IMG/VR virus record: IMGVR_UViG_3300028831_000111
Span: 1 to 58,933 of that record
Direction: 5' to 3' (one strand)
DNA: 58,933 bases
Source of the DNA: a virus
Part shown: in pieces, positions 57,517 through 58,933 of the stretch
How positions within the stretch are numbered: position 1 is the stretch's first letter
How the letters are laid out: every line of letters starts with the position of its first letter
The notes under the pieces: model-generated
The model's input: the letters and a program-made list of their open reading frames with translations, nothing else
What the model was told of the DNA's origin: nothing
Databases searched by the model: none
Translations under genes and position numbers: made by a program

Positions 57517-57758
57517 GCCGCCGCTCCGTTCTCGTCGGGGATCGGATACAGGTATGAGTCGCCCCTGTCGTAGCAACGCTGTGACCAGCCGCACGCAGGG
57601 TGTTCGATCAACGCGACAGGGTAGGCGCGGGCGGAAACCTTCGCCTGCGCGCCCGCGAGAGAAAACGTTCCGATAGGGCGGGCCGTGAGGTGCGTCTCGC
57701 CGGTGAACTGGATGGTGACCCCAACGCGGGTCTTGCAGGTGGGACAGGTTGCCATCAT
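57513..57758 (-). CDS. Small zinc-ribbon protein
   Basis: MMATCPTCKTRV...HPACGW. RBS AGGAG. Confidence 0.6.
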   Translation of the reverse strand: MMATCPTCKTRVGVTIQFTGETHLTARPIGTFSLAGAQAKVSARAYPVALIEHPACGWSQRCYDRGDSYLYPIPDENGAAA

Positions 57759-57779
57759 TCTTCAACTCCTACGAGTTAC

Positions 57780-57809
57780 GACCCGGACGGGGGCCACCCC
57801 GTCCGGGTC
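57780..57809 (-). terminator. Stem-loop after the DUF932 gene
   Basis: 13-bp perfect stem gacccggacgggg / ccccgtccgggtc with a 4-nt loop. Confidence 0.6.
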
Positions 57810-57819
57810 ATACGTGGTC

Positions 57820-58848
57820 TTAGCTTGCGAAGGCCATCACCTTCTTGAAGGCGGCGGTCTTCTCGGGGGTGGCGCCCTCCGTGATGGAGCGCTGGAACAT
57901 GTAGGTGTCCTTGTCGGCGGCGGGGACGTTGCGGGTGCTGGTGAACCAGTCGAGGTCTTCCACCAGAGCCTGGAAGCCCGCGTACGCCGTGCCGCGCACA
58001 TTCTCCTGCGTCTCGGCCACGGCGAACAGGCCGTTCAGCCGGTCGCGGCGCTGGTCGAACATGGTCGCGGTGGACTTCGCCACGTCGTCCTTCTTCGGGG
58101 CGTACAGGTCACGCACGATCGCGTCGAACTGGTCGTTGGTCATGGTCGTCGTGATCAGCTTCTCCATGGCGGTGGACCACTCGTCCACGTAGTTGAAGGT
58201 GAGCTGGAGCTGGGCGCGGGCCTTCTCGACGTCCAACTTCATGTGCTTCGAGTGACGGATCTTCCAGGTCTGTGCGGCGGCCTGGAGCCCAGCGGTCACG
58301 GTGTTCTGGCAGACGGCCCGGATCGGGGTCGCGGCACCGGTCAGGCTCAGCGACGCGTCGTGGGACACGACGATCATGAGGAACAGGTCAACCGGGTCGA
58401 CGCCCCCGACCATGACCCCCTCGGGGAGCTTCATGCAGCAGAACGCGCGCTCGCCGTGGCCGAGCAGTCCGGCGGTTTGGTAAAGGGCTTCACCGCTGTC
58501 CACGATCGACTGGAGGAATCCGAAGGCTTCGCGCTCATCAACGGTGGGCCGGTCGGCGCCGACGATGCCTAGGGGAATCAGCTCGTCGTCCGACCGTTCG
58601 CGGACGATCATCTTCTTGCCGGGCATCTCCACGCGGCGGTGCACTTCCCCGGCGTGGGGGTCGGCCGGGACCACGGACTCGGCGTATACGGGCAGCTCAA
58701 GCAGGGTTCCCGCGTTGATGTCGGTCAGGATCGTTTCGAGGGTGATCCCGTCCTGATCGGTGTAGACCTTGCCGAGGTTGTGCCATCCGGGCTCACGGGC
58801 GGCAACGAAGGAGTAGGTTCCGTCTGCCTGCTGTTCGAGGTTGTGCAT
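57820..58848 (-). CDS. DUF932-family (phage/plasmid-like) protein
   Basis: N-terminal AAREPGWHNLGKVYTD and overall layout typical of DUF932. Confidence 0.75.
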   Translation of the reverse strand: MHNLEQQADGTYSFVAAREPGWHNLGKVYTDQDGITLETILTDINAGTLLELPVYAESVVPADPHAGEVHRRVEMPGKKMIVRERSDDELIPLGIVGADRPTVDEREAFGFLQSIVDSGEALYQTAGLLGHGERAFCCMKLPEGVMVGGVDPVDLFLMIVVSHDASLSLTGAATPIRAVCQNTVTAGLQAAAQTWKIRHSKHMKLDVEKARAQLQLTFNYVDEWSTAMEKLITTTMTNDQFDAIVRDLYAPKKDDVAKSTATMFDQRRDRLNGLFAVAETQENVRGTAYAGFQALVEDLDWFTSTRNVPAADKDTYMFQRSITEGATPEKTAAFKKVMAFAS

Positions 58849-58933
58849 GTCGGCCTCCCTGGCTCGCTTGCTTGTATGACTTGACTATACAAGGTCTTAC
58901 CAGGGGTTGTCAAGCCAGATGAGTAAGGGCGGA
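58793..58933. repeat. Terminal overlap, exact copy of 1..141
   Basis: Identical to the first 141 bases. Confidence 0.95.
58884..58913 (-). promoter_or_regulatory. Promoter TTGACA-N18-TATAGT with TTGTAT-N9-ATACAA operator (58872-58892)
   Basis: Minus strand reads TTGACAacccctggtaagaccttgTATAGTcaagtcatacaagcaagcgagccagggaggccgacATG. Also present as 92-121. Confidence 0.65.

Overview
This is a complete, high-GC dsDNA phage genome. Bases 1-141 are repeated exactly at 58793-58933, so the contig closes on itself with a unique length of 58,792 bp. The architecture is that of a tailed siphovirus of Actinobacteria: GGAGG-type ribosome-binding sites, many GTG/TTG starts, frequent ATGA/GTGA start-stop overlaps, and TTGACA/TAnnnT promoters.

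Most genes are on the minus strand. In transcription order (descending coordinates):
- DUF932 / ParB-like / SLOG accessory block (58848-53405)
- putative small terminase (53457-52930) and large terminase (52096-50591)
- small-gene and tRNA block (50522-47675)
- portal (47672-45804)
- a 1464-aa MuF-repeat-ADP-ribosyltransferase fusion (45811-41417)
- prohead protease (40959-39268)
- a 4.7-kb plus-strand island (34.4-39.1 kb) and a minus-strand accessory block (34345-30885), which interrupt the head module
- scaffold-fused major capsid protein (30449-28650)
- head, neck and fibre genes (28579-22334)
- tail chaperones and tape measure (21171-17635)
- tail-tip and fibre genes (17635-11688)
- membrane proteins, endolysin and holin (11653-9465)
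- early replication/recombination block (9285-2470: Xis-like HTH, replication initiator, RecT)
- tRNAs, an HNH-like gene, and an SPFH membrane-protein pair (1277-175)

Plus-strand islands lie at 3612-3764, 10642-10917, 21194-22337, 30566-30906, 34462-39118, 49536-50061 and 52164-52924. I recognised no integrase, transposase or CRISPR array.

The most notable non-gene signals are:
- a TGTAT-N9-ATACA inverted repeat fused to the -10 element of eight dispersed promoters
- consensus promoters embedded in perfect terminator-like palindromes in the plus-strand island
- a conserved start-associated leader, CGAGCCAGGGAGGC
- a 79-nt hairpin whose loop is the exact complement of that leader
- tRNA-like elements that do not fold as canonical tRNAs

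All functional calls come from motifs recognised by eye. No database search, tRNA scanner or RNA-folding program was run.
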